DNA of 64,000 bases from Dudresnaya verticillata (lineage: Eukaryota), in assembly GCA_977862235.1 (NCBI GenBank), contig OZ374564.1, positions 2,356,001-2,420,000 on the forward strand, written 5' to 3'. Both the position numbers and the translations under genes were made by a program. Positions 38,927-50,530 of the stretch are shown here, one piece after another. Below the pieces are notes generated by a model, which made no database searches, was not told the origin of the DNA, and saw nothing but the letters and a program-made list of their open reading frames with translations. The stretch's first letter is position 1. Each line of letters begins with the position of its first letter.

Positions 38927-39203
38927 GAGCTATCGGCGCATAAGGATATTTTTTATAGCTCCCTGTCGCCGACAGATTCGAAAAGCTATTTTCTTGGGTT
39001 TCCCATTTCGGCGACTATGGGAGCTATGTAGCTAACGGAATGCCGCGAGTGTAAATATCTATTTTGTTAGGTATTTTGATTTCCGGAAACACGGGAGCTA
39101 TGTAGCTCCCGCGGAGGAGGAAATCAAAAAGCTAAGAAAATAGATATTACATTTCCCCAGCGCCATTAGCTATTGGCTGATATTCATATTCGTTTATAGC
39201 TTT
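38927..39203. repeat. AT-rich island with clustered AGCT(A) motifs and two inverted repeats
   Basis: ATAGCTCCCTGTCGCCGA...TCGGCGACTATGGGAGCTAT (38955-39027), CGGGAGCTA-TG-TAGCTCCCG (39092-39111), and about ten AGCT cores in ~280 bp. Confidence 0.7.
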
Positions 39204-39887
39204 TCACTTTGGTCCTCCTGCGTTTGCTACTTTTCCCGAGACGCCCAGCCGCACCGCTCCGAGCTCGACATCATCTGAAAACGCACTTCCATTCAAGAAA
39301 ACGCACACCACACAACACCAGCGCCCTTGACAAGGGCAGCACACGACTGGAACCCTTATCACGGCGTAGGTCGAGCCCACGGCCCCGCCCCGTCCCGACT
39401 GCTTCCGCTCTTCGCATCCGGCGTCGTGCTCGGCTTAGCGCTCGCTGCAGATGATGGCTGCGTGGACGGCGACGTTGTCCCGCTTGGAGGGTCCGTCGGC
39501 GTCGGTGCTGGTGATGTTTGTCGTGTGTAGCCGCCAGGGATTTTCGGCCGTGCGCGGCCGTGCCCAGCCATAACCGAAAGAGACGATGGTAATCTGCATA
39601 GCACGCTTGTCAGCTGCATACACTACGAGCTGTGATAGCCCAACGCCTGGATATGAGGGAGGCCCCGCAGCCCTCCGCATGGAACGAGACGAGATGGGAG
39701 CGCATAAAGTCCAAAGCGGGCTGGCCACCGAAGATGCGGGTCTGGCCTGCGCCCGGGGGGCGACGTCTGGCAGGAAGACGGGGCAGTCTGCATAGTTGCG
39801 CGCGGCAAGCAGTGAACGTGGAAGCTCGACGGCGCAAACCTGTAGCGGCGCAGCCAGGAAGACCAGCAGCAAGAGGGGAAGTGTGTT

Positions 39888-40673
39888 GTGGTCCGGGTTC
39901 GGGAGCGGCGGCGTCGGACTGAGATTCATGAGGGACGGTGGGTACCGGACGAAAGTTGGACTTTGCTCGAAGCTTCTCCGCAGCCTGAGAAGTGGAACGC
40001 TCTGTCGCAGCGTGATGACGCCCAACCTATAGTCCCACTAAGATTGGAGTTGGGATCGTTGCACAAGAGCGCGACCATACTCGGAAAAGGCTTCCTATCA
40101 CTGAAGCACGAGATGCGGATGGCCCTGGAAAAGCAGGCCTATCTCAATGCGTCGGGGTATGACGTGTTCATATCCCACATTGGCCTGGACAAGGAAACGA
40201 TGGCTATGCCTTTGTCGAGGATGCTCCACGACCGGGGCGTATCGGCATTCGTAGACAGGGAAAGTCTCACAGTTGGCAATGATGCACACGGCTAGATGGA
40301 TACGGCAATGGAGAAAGCTCGAGCCGGTGTCTTCATTGTGTCGCCCGAGTTTCCCGCCAAGCGTTGGACGATGTGCGAACTGATGTGCTTTCAGAAACGC
40401 TGCGCGCATGCTGCGAAAGTTCTCGCCCGCGTGCCACCTATCGTTCCTGTGTTCTATCGCGCGCATGTGGACTACCTCGGAGATGAGGCAGCGTTGTTTT
40501 CAGCCTCTGACGAACCTGGTGATAATGCCTTTGTCAAGCATGAGTTCTTTGCGCGTGCCGCGAAGGGAGAGACAAGCGTTGCTGCTGTGATGGAAAGCAT
40601 GCGCTTGCTGAAGAAAACAACTGGCATCGAAAACTTTGAGAAGGCGACCAATGGGCATGATGCGAAAAAGTGA
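39888..40673 (+). pseudogene. TIR-domain protein fragment with in-frame stop (40293-40295)
   Basis: YDVFISH.G.D.....PL...L...GVSAFVDRESL..G...*MDTAMEKARAGVFIVSPEF..KRWTMCEL....IVPVFY, a typical TIR core. Confidence 0.88.
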
Positions 40674-41002
40674 TAAACCGCTGGTAGAGACACTGCCCAA
40701 CTGCAAATGACCAAGGCGCTCATCACCACCACTCCCGGAACCTCAGACTTAAGTGATTCGGGGCGGCGCATTTGTGAGGGCGACATGTCTGACGCCTTTA
40801 TCATATCAAGGGGTGGACTCTGGCGCATATCTCTACCCGGACAGCCACAGCTGGTGTCAAGTTAAGGATGCCTGCGCTGCAAGACATCAAGAACCAATGC
40901 GCAGGATATACTCTATCACCTCATAGGCGGCAATAAGCGCACCCTCAACCGAGCCACTATGCTCCGACGCGACTTAGGTGCCCGCAAACGCGAGACGGAG
41001 TG

Positions 41003-41914
41003 TGTAGTGCCAGGGGGTCCCCCTTTTTCGCTTTCAAGCGGGTTGATATGCAGCGTCTACCGACGGACGACCGCCAACGGCGCGCTCAACCCGCCCGCGG
41101 CGCAAACACGTCACCGACGCATGCCGCTGGCCACTTGGGCCAGAACGGCTCGCTTGGCGTGCAGACCGCACGCCTGAACCCGGGACCCTGTACGGCGCCA
41201 CGCGTACGCGCATGGTGCAGTGGCGGGAACGTTCGCTGTAAGCGTGGCCCGAATCCGGATCCAATCGGGATCCCACATCGGGATCAGACATCGAGATTAA
41301 GAGGTGTAAGGCACGCGCCTGTAAGCCTGGCGCATCCGCATGGCTGGCCCGAATCCGGACTGGATCGGGATTGGTGCGGATCGAGATCGCACGCGCCATG
41401 GGGCGCATGCGGCTGTAAGGAAGTAATCCACGTGTAGGTGTAAGGACTCGGGCGGGGAAGCTACGCGTGATCTGTCAGGAGCGCGGCTGCATGACGGACG
41501 GATCTGTCAGACGCGCCTCGGGACAACACGTGTCCCGAGTTCCCGCGTGGCGCGTACACACGCGTCGCCGCCACTAGGTAATTCTATACTTAGTTGATCC
41601 GTCTCAGACGTCACAGTAAACCCCGGCAAGCCGGCTTTGGTCCAGACTTCCCCGTTCAGCACGCGCGTACCCTACCGCTGCCTACGGCTAAGCGTCTACC
41701 TCCCGTGCTTCCACGTCTCTACCCATCTTTGACGTGTTCCCTTTTTGTTCTCTTTTGTTCTTCCTTTCCGCCTCGGGCGTTTACAGTCCGCCCAAGGCGA
41801 GTTAACTGCTCTACCACAAGTCGCCCAAGGCGAGGCTACTCACCGCCACGGGCATCGCTACCCACCGAGCCCCGAACTGCTCAGCGGTGTTCCGTCTACG
41901 ACGTTTGCACTACA
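41003..41914 (+). repeat. 5' LTR (912 bp)
   Basis: TGTAGTGC...GCACTACA with 8-bp terminal inverted repeats; matches 53296-54208. Confidence 0.97.
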
Positions 41915-41916
41915 AC

Positions 41917-41934
41917 TGGTCCCCCGACCTAGAA
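41917..41934 (+). other. Primer-binding site (possibly tRNA-Trp type)
   Basis: TGGTCCCCCGACCTAGAA, 2 nt after the LTR. Confidence 0.75.
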
Positions 41935-42041
41935 GTGTGCTACGTTTCAACGAGTTACTCCGTCGTGCGACGTCCGACCTTCCGTCTCTAGACGTCCGTC
42001 GCTAATCGTCCACGACGTTCAAGCAACTCTACGACTGCATT

Positions 42042-44615
42042 ATGGCCTCACGACCGCCGCCGTCGCGAGGCCCCAGTTCAAGAAGACCGTCATCAACGCC
42101 GGGGAGTGTCCCCGCGTCGGAGCGGTCGCTGCAGCGGATGACAACGAGGTCTGGGCGCCTCGTGAGCCCCGAGATCGCATCGGCCTTCCCGACCGGTCCA
42201 GGCCACGATCACTCCCATATATCGCTCAACAGGGGAGAAGTACCTCCCCCGCCGATACCCGTCGTCATCCGCACCACCGTTCCAAACGAATCGGCCCTCC
42301 GAACCTACCACTCGCACGTGGATTCCGCTGACACGGTACAAGCCGAACAGCGACCCGTCGAGGACGGAGCCCAAGCCGACATCGTTGAGGAACAACCGGA
42401 AGTTCCGGTCCACCAACCAACCTTACCCGTCGACGACGACCAAGAACGCCCTGCGGGGCGCGACGTCGTAGAAGAATCACCAATCCCAAGGGGCTGCTGC
42501 CCCTCACCCCACGGCAGTGCCGGATGTTCACCGGCCAGGCCGTTAGCGCAACCGCGCAGCACGGGAGGTCCGCCGCAGGCGTCGACCCCCGCGCACACAC
42601 CGCCAATGGCGTCCCCAGAATCCGCCCGCGTTGGTAATCTCACGATACCTCGCGAGCGGATTCGGGAAGTATGCATCGCCGAAGACGGTAACTTACTCGC
42701 TCGATTCGCGGAGATGCTCGACGACAATGTCGGAGGTATCTTCAGCCGTCTACAGACGTTGGAAGAAGATCGGGACGGTGCCCTTCAAGGACTCCGTTCC
42801 GACCTCGACCGTCTGATGACGAATCCCAACCAAGGGGTAGATGCTCAGCAGCCAACGGCATTGACGGTCCAGTCCCAGTCGGAACTGAATTCACGCGAAC
42901 GTTTTCAACGATTGGCAACCCGCTTAGAGCGACTGGAAACCGCCAAATGGCGCCAAGGGCCGCCGTCGGATGACGGTAGTTCCGAAGAAGACCGTCACGA
43001 ACGCAAAGATCGTAAGAGACGGGGCAAGAATCGCCGCAAGTCGCGTCATGGACGGAAGAAGAACCGTCACCGACGAGGGGATTCATCCTCATCCTCTTCG
43101 GACACGTCTAGTGACGATAGCTCAACCGACTCTTCGTCAGACGATGACGACCACATGGCTCACGGCAGTGCCATGCGACCCCGTGGAAAGCGATACAAGG
43201 GACTGAAGGAGCTAAGCCCCTCCAATCCTCTCTTCGACCAGTTGCTATCGTACCGCTCATACCATCTCCAAGACGTGGGACAGAAGCGCTCTGGACGCGA
43301 AACCGGGAAGGTCAAAGACCATATCAAGCGACTCGAGTTAACAATGAAGGACGCCGCCTTCAACGGCAGCGACCCCGTCATGGTTCTCGAAGTTTTAACG
43401 CGGTTCGAGAATGAAGCGGACACGCTAGAGATGAGCGAAGCACAAGCGTTTGTCGCGCTGCCGTACTTCTTAAGGGGCACGGCAGCCACGCAATTCCGCT
43501 CCGTCAAATCGACGTCCTCTCGCCACCGCGGCGGCGTATCATCGTACCCGGAGGCGGCGCACTACCTACTCCGCACGTACGCCACGCCTTCGGCGATTCG
43601 AGACGCTGTCCTCGCCCTGCGGTCGACTAGTCAGAAGCAGGGCGAAGACGAAACGACTTACGGCATGAGACTCGCCGGCGCATGTACTCGTTCCGGTAAC
43701 GTTTATCCCGAATGGGAAAAGATGACACAGTACATCGATGGGTTAGACCCGACGATCAGGTCCTTAGTGGCCCGTTTCCGCGAAGAAACGCCGAGGACGG
43801 AGTTATCTTTTGAACGTTTAGTCCACTTCGCGCAGGAAGAAGGTGACGCGCAACGCGCAAGACACGGCAGGGCCGGCTCGACGTCAGTAAGACGGGATAT
43901 AATGGCCCCGGCCCAAGCCGCTCGCGCATTGCGCCCCGCCATTGGCGACAACCGAACGGTTCTACGTCAACAGACGAGGGGCACGAAGCCTGCTGCACGC
44001 GCTATGATAGCGGAGTCCTCCGTTGAGTTCCGTGATGTCACCAGTCATGCGGACGATATGGAAACACACGCCGATGGCGATCTCTATTTGGCCGATGAAC
44101 AAGCGTCAGTGCCAACGTCAGCGTTACCAACGGACAGCTACGTCGAAGACGAGGACACAGGGGCAATGGATCCTACACTCGCCTTTGGGCGTTCTGTTGT
44201 GCCCGCGCCACGCGTCCCGTACTCGGATTATGCCCCCCACGTCCATCGGGCGAGGCCAGGTTGGCAAGACAGGGGTCCGCTCCGTCAAGACGCTCGCAGA
44301 CAGTTGATCTGTCATCAGTGTTATGCCCGTGGCCACATCACACCGGACTTCTTCCTCCGCATGAGCGAGTATATGAAAGCGATCGCCAACTACGAAGGCT
44401 TAACAGACGTCGAGAAGGCGGGGTCCCCGCCGATGCGTACACTCGGTACAAAGAACGCGCTGCGCGCGAAGCAGCACGCCGTGCAGCACGACCACCGTCG
44501 CCATGGGGCGAACCTATGCCGCATTCAGAAGAACGTCATCCGACGGTGGTCAATCGCTACACAGCGCCGCTACAACCGCCGCAGGCGAAAAACTAATGAG
44601 GGTACCAACTCCTGA
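42042..44615 (+). CDS. gag: Gag
   Basis: 857-aa ORF after the PBS; capsid-like F.G.DP....L..F...A...W/F region, QKQGEDETTY, YIDGL, and a degenerate zinc knuckle CHQCYARGHITPDF. Confidence 0.88.
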   Translation: MASRPPPSRGPSSRRPSSTPGSVPASERSLQRMTTRSGRLVSPEIASAFPTGPGHDHSHISLNRGEVPPPPIPVVIRTTVPNESALRTYHSHVDSADTVQAEQRPVEDGAQADIVEEQPEVPVHQPTLPVDDDQERPAGRDVVEESPIPRGCCPSPHGSAGCSPARPLAQPRSTGGPPQASTPAHTPPMASPESARVGNLTIPRERIREVCIAEDGNLLARFAEMLDDNVGGIFSRLQTLEEDRDGALQGLRSDLDRLMTNPNQGVDAQQPTALTVQSQSELNSRERFQRLATRLERLETAKWRQGPPSDDGSSEEDRHERKDRKRRGKNRRKSRHGRKKNRHRRGDSSSSSSDTSSDDSSTDSSSDDDDHMAHGSAMRPRGKRYKGLKELSPSNPLFDQLLSYRSYHLQDVGQKRSGRETGKVKDHIKRLELTMKDAAFNGSDPVMVLEVLTRFENEADTLEMSEAQAFVALPYFLRGTAATQFRSVKSTSSRHRGGVSSYPEAAHYLLRTYATPSAIRDAVLALRSTSQKQGEDETTYGMRLAGACTRSGNVYPEWEKMTQYIDGLDPTIRSLVARFREETPRTELSFERLVHFAQEEGDAQRARHGRAGSTSVRRDIMAPAQAARALRPAIGDNRTVLRQQTRGTKPAARAMIAESSVEFRDVTSHADDMETHADGDLYLADEQASVPTSALPTDSYVEDEDTGAMDPTLAFGRSVVPAPRVPYSDYAPHVHRARPGWQDRGPLRQDARRQLICHQCYARGHITPDFFLRMSEYMKAIANYEGLTDVEKAGSPPMRTLGTKNALRAKQHAVQHDHRRHGANLCRIQKNVIRRWSIATQRRYNRRRRKTNEGTNS

Positions 44616-47600
44616 CACTGGGGTGTCGCACCAAGCAGAGAGGCTTCCGCCTCGGGTGCTGACACGGAAGGAGGGCCCGAACTTAGTTAACAAATACGCC
44701 GATAGGCGGGTAGACTCGTCACAGACGTCCTTGAAGCGCCCCTGGCGTAGGTACCAGCCCCCACAAGCCCGGGAACAGTTGTTCGTAATGGCCAAAAGGA
44801 ACTGCAAAGTATACGATGATCTAGGTGTAACTGTAGGTACCTTGGCACGTAAACTCACTGTCCTCGACACGGGGGCTGGTCCGAATTTCATCCGTATTGA
44901 CGATATTCCGCTAGAAGCGCGATCACGGATCGTATCCAAGAGTCTCCCCGTCATATCAGACGCTAACCACAAGGCGATTCAGACCCGGGGCACTATCGAC
45001 TTAGTCGTACGTCTCGGACGAAGGGTTGTCAAGTTGGAGTTGATCGTCTGTGAACGGCTCGCTGCGCCGGTTATACTCTGTTGCGACTTTTGCGACCGCT
45101 TTGTCGAAGCGATTTATCCGCGGAGTCGCGGGATTGAGCTGGACGACGGGACCCGTGTCCCTATAACGCGCCGCCCGTTGCGCCGGCCCCCGTCGTACCC
45201 CCCGTTAACAACGGAACAAGAGTACGGCACGGCCGAATGGCGAACGTCGCCCAAGATACGCGTTGCGGAACGAACGATCATCCCGCCGCAGGCGCAAAAG
45301 TGGATCTCGGTAACGACCGAACGAGCAGGGGTCATTACCATCCAACCGCTTGGAACGTTATATGATCTGCAAGCTTTGGCCGTTACTAACGGAGTCGCTG
45401 AAGTAGAGCCGCTGAGAGTGTTCCGGATTCTCGTCGCAAACTTCTCCCCGCGCCCGCAAGCGCTCATCAAAGGACAAGTCGTCGCTACCGCGTTGCCACA
45501 TCCCACAGCAGTGTTCCCCAGTCACATAAGTCTGGCTGATGTCCTAGGTATCACCTAGGAACAGGCAGCGGGGGAGGAGGCGAATCAAGATTTCCGTTTT
45601 CAAACGAACGATGGGGTAACGGCGCAGCCGGATACATTCGCTAAGTCGAAGCAACTGTAGCTAAACCTCCGTCCGTGGACGAGTTGGACCTGAGTCATCT
45701 CTCAACCGAACATCAAGGACGGCTGAAGGAGATGCTGCGCAGGTACTCGTTGATGTGGGACGGTTCATTAGGATAAATCGCAACCACGGAGCACTATATT
45801 GACTTGCTCCCCGGCTCCAGGCCGATTTCATCCCCGCCTTACCTCGCTGGCCCAAAGCAAAGGCAACTCGCTCAAGCGGAGGTGGATCGCATGTTGCGTC
45901 AGGGGGTTATCGAACCCGCACAATCGCCATGGGCGTCGCCGGTCGTCTTTGCTCCCAAGAAGGACGGTACACTCCGCTTCTGCGTTGACCGTCGCTTGAA
46001 CGCGGTAACAGTACGAGATACGTACCCTCTCCCGCGAATCGACGAATGTATTTACAGCCTAGGGGAAGCGAACGTCTTCACCACCCTAGACTGAAATAGT
46101 GGTTACTGGCAGGTGCCCATCAATCCGCGAGATCGCGACAAGACGGCGTTCACGTGCCATGCCGGGTTGTTCCGCTACAAGCGTATGCCCTTCGGACTTA
46201 CTAACACACCGGCCACGTTTCAACGGACCCTCGATATCCTGCTTGCTGGTTACAAGTGGCGCTCATGCCTCGTCTACCTTGACGATGTGATCATCTTCTC
46301 GAACGATATTGACAGTCACTTCCGTCATGTTGACGAGATCCTTTCGACCTTGCATGGGGCGGGGGTGACATTGAAGTTAACCAAGTGCGACTTCTTCACC
46401 CCGACCGTCAACTATCTAGGCCATTTGATACGTCCGGGACGATTGGAAGTAGACCGTACGGTCACAGCCGCGTTACGCGAAGCCAAGCATCCGCCGGACC
46501 AGAAGGAATTGCGGAGCTTTCTCGGATTGTGCAACGTCTATAGACGGTTTGTATCGCGATACGCGCACGTCGCCGCTCTCCTCAACAAATTGTTAAGGAA
46601 AGAGCAAGACTTCCGGTTACAACCGTTCACCGAGGAGCAAGCTCGGGCATTCAGCACGCTTGTCGAAGCGGTGACTCACCCGCCCATGCTGGCGTTGCCA
46701 CAGCAAGGACTACCGTACTCCGTCGATTTTGACGCGAGCGAATACCAAGTTGGCTGCGCACTCTTTCAAACGCAGCCTGACGGCGAACGGAAGCCGCTTG
46801 ATTTCTGGTCACGTTCGTTAACCGCTCCGGAGCGCAACTACTCGGTATCCGAAAAGGAATGCCTAGCAGTAGTCTGGTCGATCACGACGTTGAGACCGTA
46901 CCTTCAGATGGAGTCCTTCGTAGTCCATACGGACCATTCGTCGTTGAGGTGGCTCATGTAAATCAGCGACCCCTCGGGACGGTTAATGAGATGGCGCCTT
47001 CGCCTCTCTGAGTTCGACTTCGTCGTGAAGTATAAAAAGGGATACCTGAATACTCAGGCAGATGCCCTCTCAAGTCTATAGACGAACGGCGAAACTGTTG
47101 AACCAATCGACGATGATATCCCGTGTTACCACAGAAGTTGCGTCAAAGACGAGGATCACTCGTCAGAAGACTGCTACGCTCACGCAGAAAGCGATACGTC
47201 AAACGCCAAGGGCGAAGTCGATTTCTCCGAACGAGACTTCGAGGAGTTTGACCAGATGTTGGTTACCAACGCGCCACCGGCGGATGAAGTGCTCCTCCGT
47301 CATTTGACGCATGAAGAGTTGGTGCATGCTCAGGGCAGTGACCAGTACTGTTCCGAGATCCGGAAACGTCTAGACGACGGAGACAACCTACCGTCTGCAA
47401 CGGATGAACAGGGACTATTGGTTCGGACCGTCGAGGCCCGACCCCAAGTCGTTGTACCATCCGCGTTACGCGTTCGATTTCTCCATCTCCGACATCATGC
47501 TAAATTAACAGGACATCCCGGAGGGCGGAAGCTGTACCATACGCTTCGACGCGAGTATTATTGGCCATCTATGTCGGTGGATTGTTACGGGACCGTCCGC

Positions 47601-49328
47601 AATTGCATTACTTGCGCGAAGAACCGGGTACTGATGCGAAAGAACGTGAAGGAGATGAAACTGTTCCCAGCAACCGAGCCTCTCGAGTTTGTGTCCATCG
47701 ATATAGTCGGGGAGCGCATACGCACTAAGCGGGGGAATACGTTCCTACTCGTCATCGTGGACCGCTTCTCGAAGCTGGTCCGGACGGTTCCCTTACGTAA
47801 GATTACGGCATTAGAAATCTCTAAGGCGTTTGTTCGACACTGGGTGTTTGTGTATGGCCCACCCAAGAAGCTGCTCTCCGACAATGGGCCGCAATTTGTA
47901 GCCAAGTTGTTCCAGAACGTCTGCCGCATCCTAGGGGTGGAGAATCTCTTCACCACTACATACTATCCGCAGTGTAACGGCCAAGTGGAACGATTCAATG
48001 GAACCATCCTCGCCTCCTTGCGTCACTACGTAGCAGACCACCCCAGGGACTGAGATTTGTTCACCGATGCTCTGACGTTCACGTAAAATACGCAACTGCA
48101 CTCGTCTACCCACCTCGTTCCATTCGAGCTGGTGCTATCTAAGCCCCCGCGGCCATTGTCGCTGCAAGCGGAGCCGTCGCTCGAAAGCGTGCCCACTGCC
48201 GGACAGTACTACACCAAATGGCGAACCTGGCTGTCCGCATTGATGGGAACCGCTAAAGCGCCGCTCGCGAAAACGCAGGCGCGTTACAAACGGAACTTCG
48301 ATACTCGTCTGCGGAAATCGAAGGAGAACATCGCTGTGAGCGACTTTGCATTCGTGCGGAAGGAATACTTCGCCCGGGGCGGGAGCACCGATCGCTCAGA
48401 GCGCAAGCACAAGCTCGCGCCTGTGGCGAATGGACCGTATCGAGTCACTCACGTCGACGACGGGACAGTCACCGTCGACAAGGGACGCGGAGAACGCGAA
48501 CGTTTATCCCGGGACCACGTGGTATGGGCGCCAACCCCACCAGGGCACACCGCCCCCGCAACCGTGCAACCACCGGGACCACCTCACGTACCGGGGCCCA
48601 CTACACCCACGTCAACTGACGAAGGAGCAGGAACCCCAGACACGCCACAGGCGGACCCGGCAGGAGGCACAGGGACACCGCGAAGCACGGACGACTCGCA
48701 GGAGCGAATGAATGCAACGCCGCGAAGTCGCGGGTTAGAAGAGCTCTCGCCCTTCGCCGCTAATCCCGACGACGGTGTATCGCAATCCGTCTCCGACGAG
48801 GAGGAGGTTCCAGGCATCCGTACGCGAATGGGACACGCAACCTCGGCTTCGCCGGCTACCAAGGTAGGCCCCGCTTCAAGCGCATCGACTGACGATGAGG
48901 AAGACCGCGCTAACGCGAAGGACGCCGCTAGAAGCGAGGAACCAGTACGAAAAAGCGACGAACCACAACCCGCTACGCAAGCGCTCGGGGCACCGACCCA
49001 GCGCCTTAGGCGATCGACTCGTCGAGTACGGTTTGCAGAACCGCTGCAGACGCCCATCACGCAACGAAGTGAACCGCCCCAGGCGTTAGAACGGCAGGAG
49101 CCCACGTCGACCGCTACAAGCGCGAAGGAGTACGTTATCGGACGGGTTGAGTCGCACGCACACGCGGAAGACGGCGAGATTCTCTACCGCGTCAAGTGGT
49201 TTGGATACCCCGCTTCAGCGAATACCTGGGAACCAGTGTCCAGTCTACCGCGATCGCACGTTGTGCGGTATCACCGTCAGAATCACACGCGCATGCCGCC
49301 AAACATCGACGACGCGCAATGCGGGTAA
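44503..49328 (+). pseudogene. pol: Pol: protease (LDTGAG), RT (WASPV, MPFGL, YLDD), RNase H (DAS, EKECLA), integrase (H..GH..C..C, SDNGPQF, NGQVER), chromodomain (YRVKWFGY..SANTWEP); several stops and frameshifts
   Basis: ORFs 44503-45558, 45804-46094, 46113-46961, 47256-48053 and 48132-49328 in Gypsy domain order. Confidence 0.95.
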
Positions 49329-50530
49329 CCCTAGTCAGGATGGAATCTGGAAGCGAAAACACACGCCACATACGGGTTGACGCGGACGTGCACTCGTTAC
49401 GGACGACGGGGGCTGTACTCAACCGGATCAAGGACGATTGGGTTGGCGACACGCGAATAGGCAACCCTCTTCGGAGGGGGTCCGTAAGGACAGAACGGCT
49501 GACAGTAGTGAGAAGGCGTGGAGGGCGCACGCACCACACGAAATCGGGCAACAAACAAAATGGAAAATTTTAATGTGAAAACAATAACGCGAAGGCACCA
49601 GCCAGACGGCGCCCAACAAACGAGAACCTGACAAGTGTGTGCCCCAGCACTACGAGCGCCCACGAGGCAACCAAGCACGGACGCGACAGACGGTCTCCGA
49701 CGTTCTCGCCCAGGCGCGCCACCCACGGCCAAGTCCGAAACTCGTCATCCTTACGGGCGGCGCACGCAACCGCCTCGAGGGTGACGCCCGCGAACGTCAA
49801 CGACGTGTCTCAAGTCGAAAAAGGGGTCGCCCTCAAACATGAGAGAAGAAACAGTCGTCGAAGACGGAGTTGGGCTACGTTTCGTGCACGATGCGCTAAT
49901 CGCGAAAATGGCTCCGCCGCTGGGCGCGGCAGCCGCACCCAGGAGTCGCAGGAAACGCCTCCAACGCGCGGCGCATCGCCAACCTAACCGTCCCCGACGC
50001 TAACCCAACATGCCCTGCGTCAAGGACGAAAAGCCAACGGACAAACGGCTCCCCAACTACATATTCACTTAACAAGCGGAATCGCGATTTGAACAAAACG
50101 ACTAAGTCGGCATAAGAACATGGGCCCTCCCAAAAGGGCTTACGCTACTGTAGCGGCATCAAGAAAAGGGAAAAAACGCCATCAAGGCGGCACCGCCCCA
50201 ATCTTTTACGCAAACGCTACTACAGCGGACAGACAACAACAACGTCTATACGAACGGGACCCGTCGGCTATCTAATATTCGTTATCGCAGCTCTCTACAT
50301 CAAGCGGACACATAAGCAACTACGTTTGACAACGGCCGAGTTTATTCGGGCTTCACAAGCGAGGGTAACCCCCGTGCCCGTATGACCTTCACCTACGACC
50401 TACCTCGTGAGACGCGACACTAACCATCTATGACGTATGAATCCCTCGCTCGCTGCCCCGCTGTGGGGCAAGCGGAGCGACACCACACGCACTCTCGCGC
50501 CCACGAACCGTTCTTAACGATCCAACAGAG

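Noticed and set aside
41240..41390. GATC-rich cluster in the LTRs as a target of the element's MTase
   Set aside because: Nothing in the sequence indicates the MTase's specificity; purely speculative.
41000..41932. ORFs duplicated at 53329-54257
   Set aside because: They lie entirely within the LTRs; no coding evidence.
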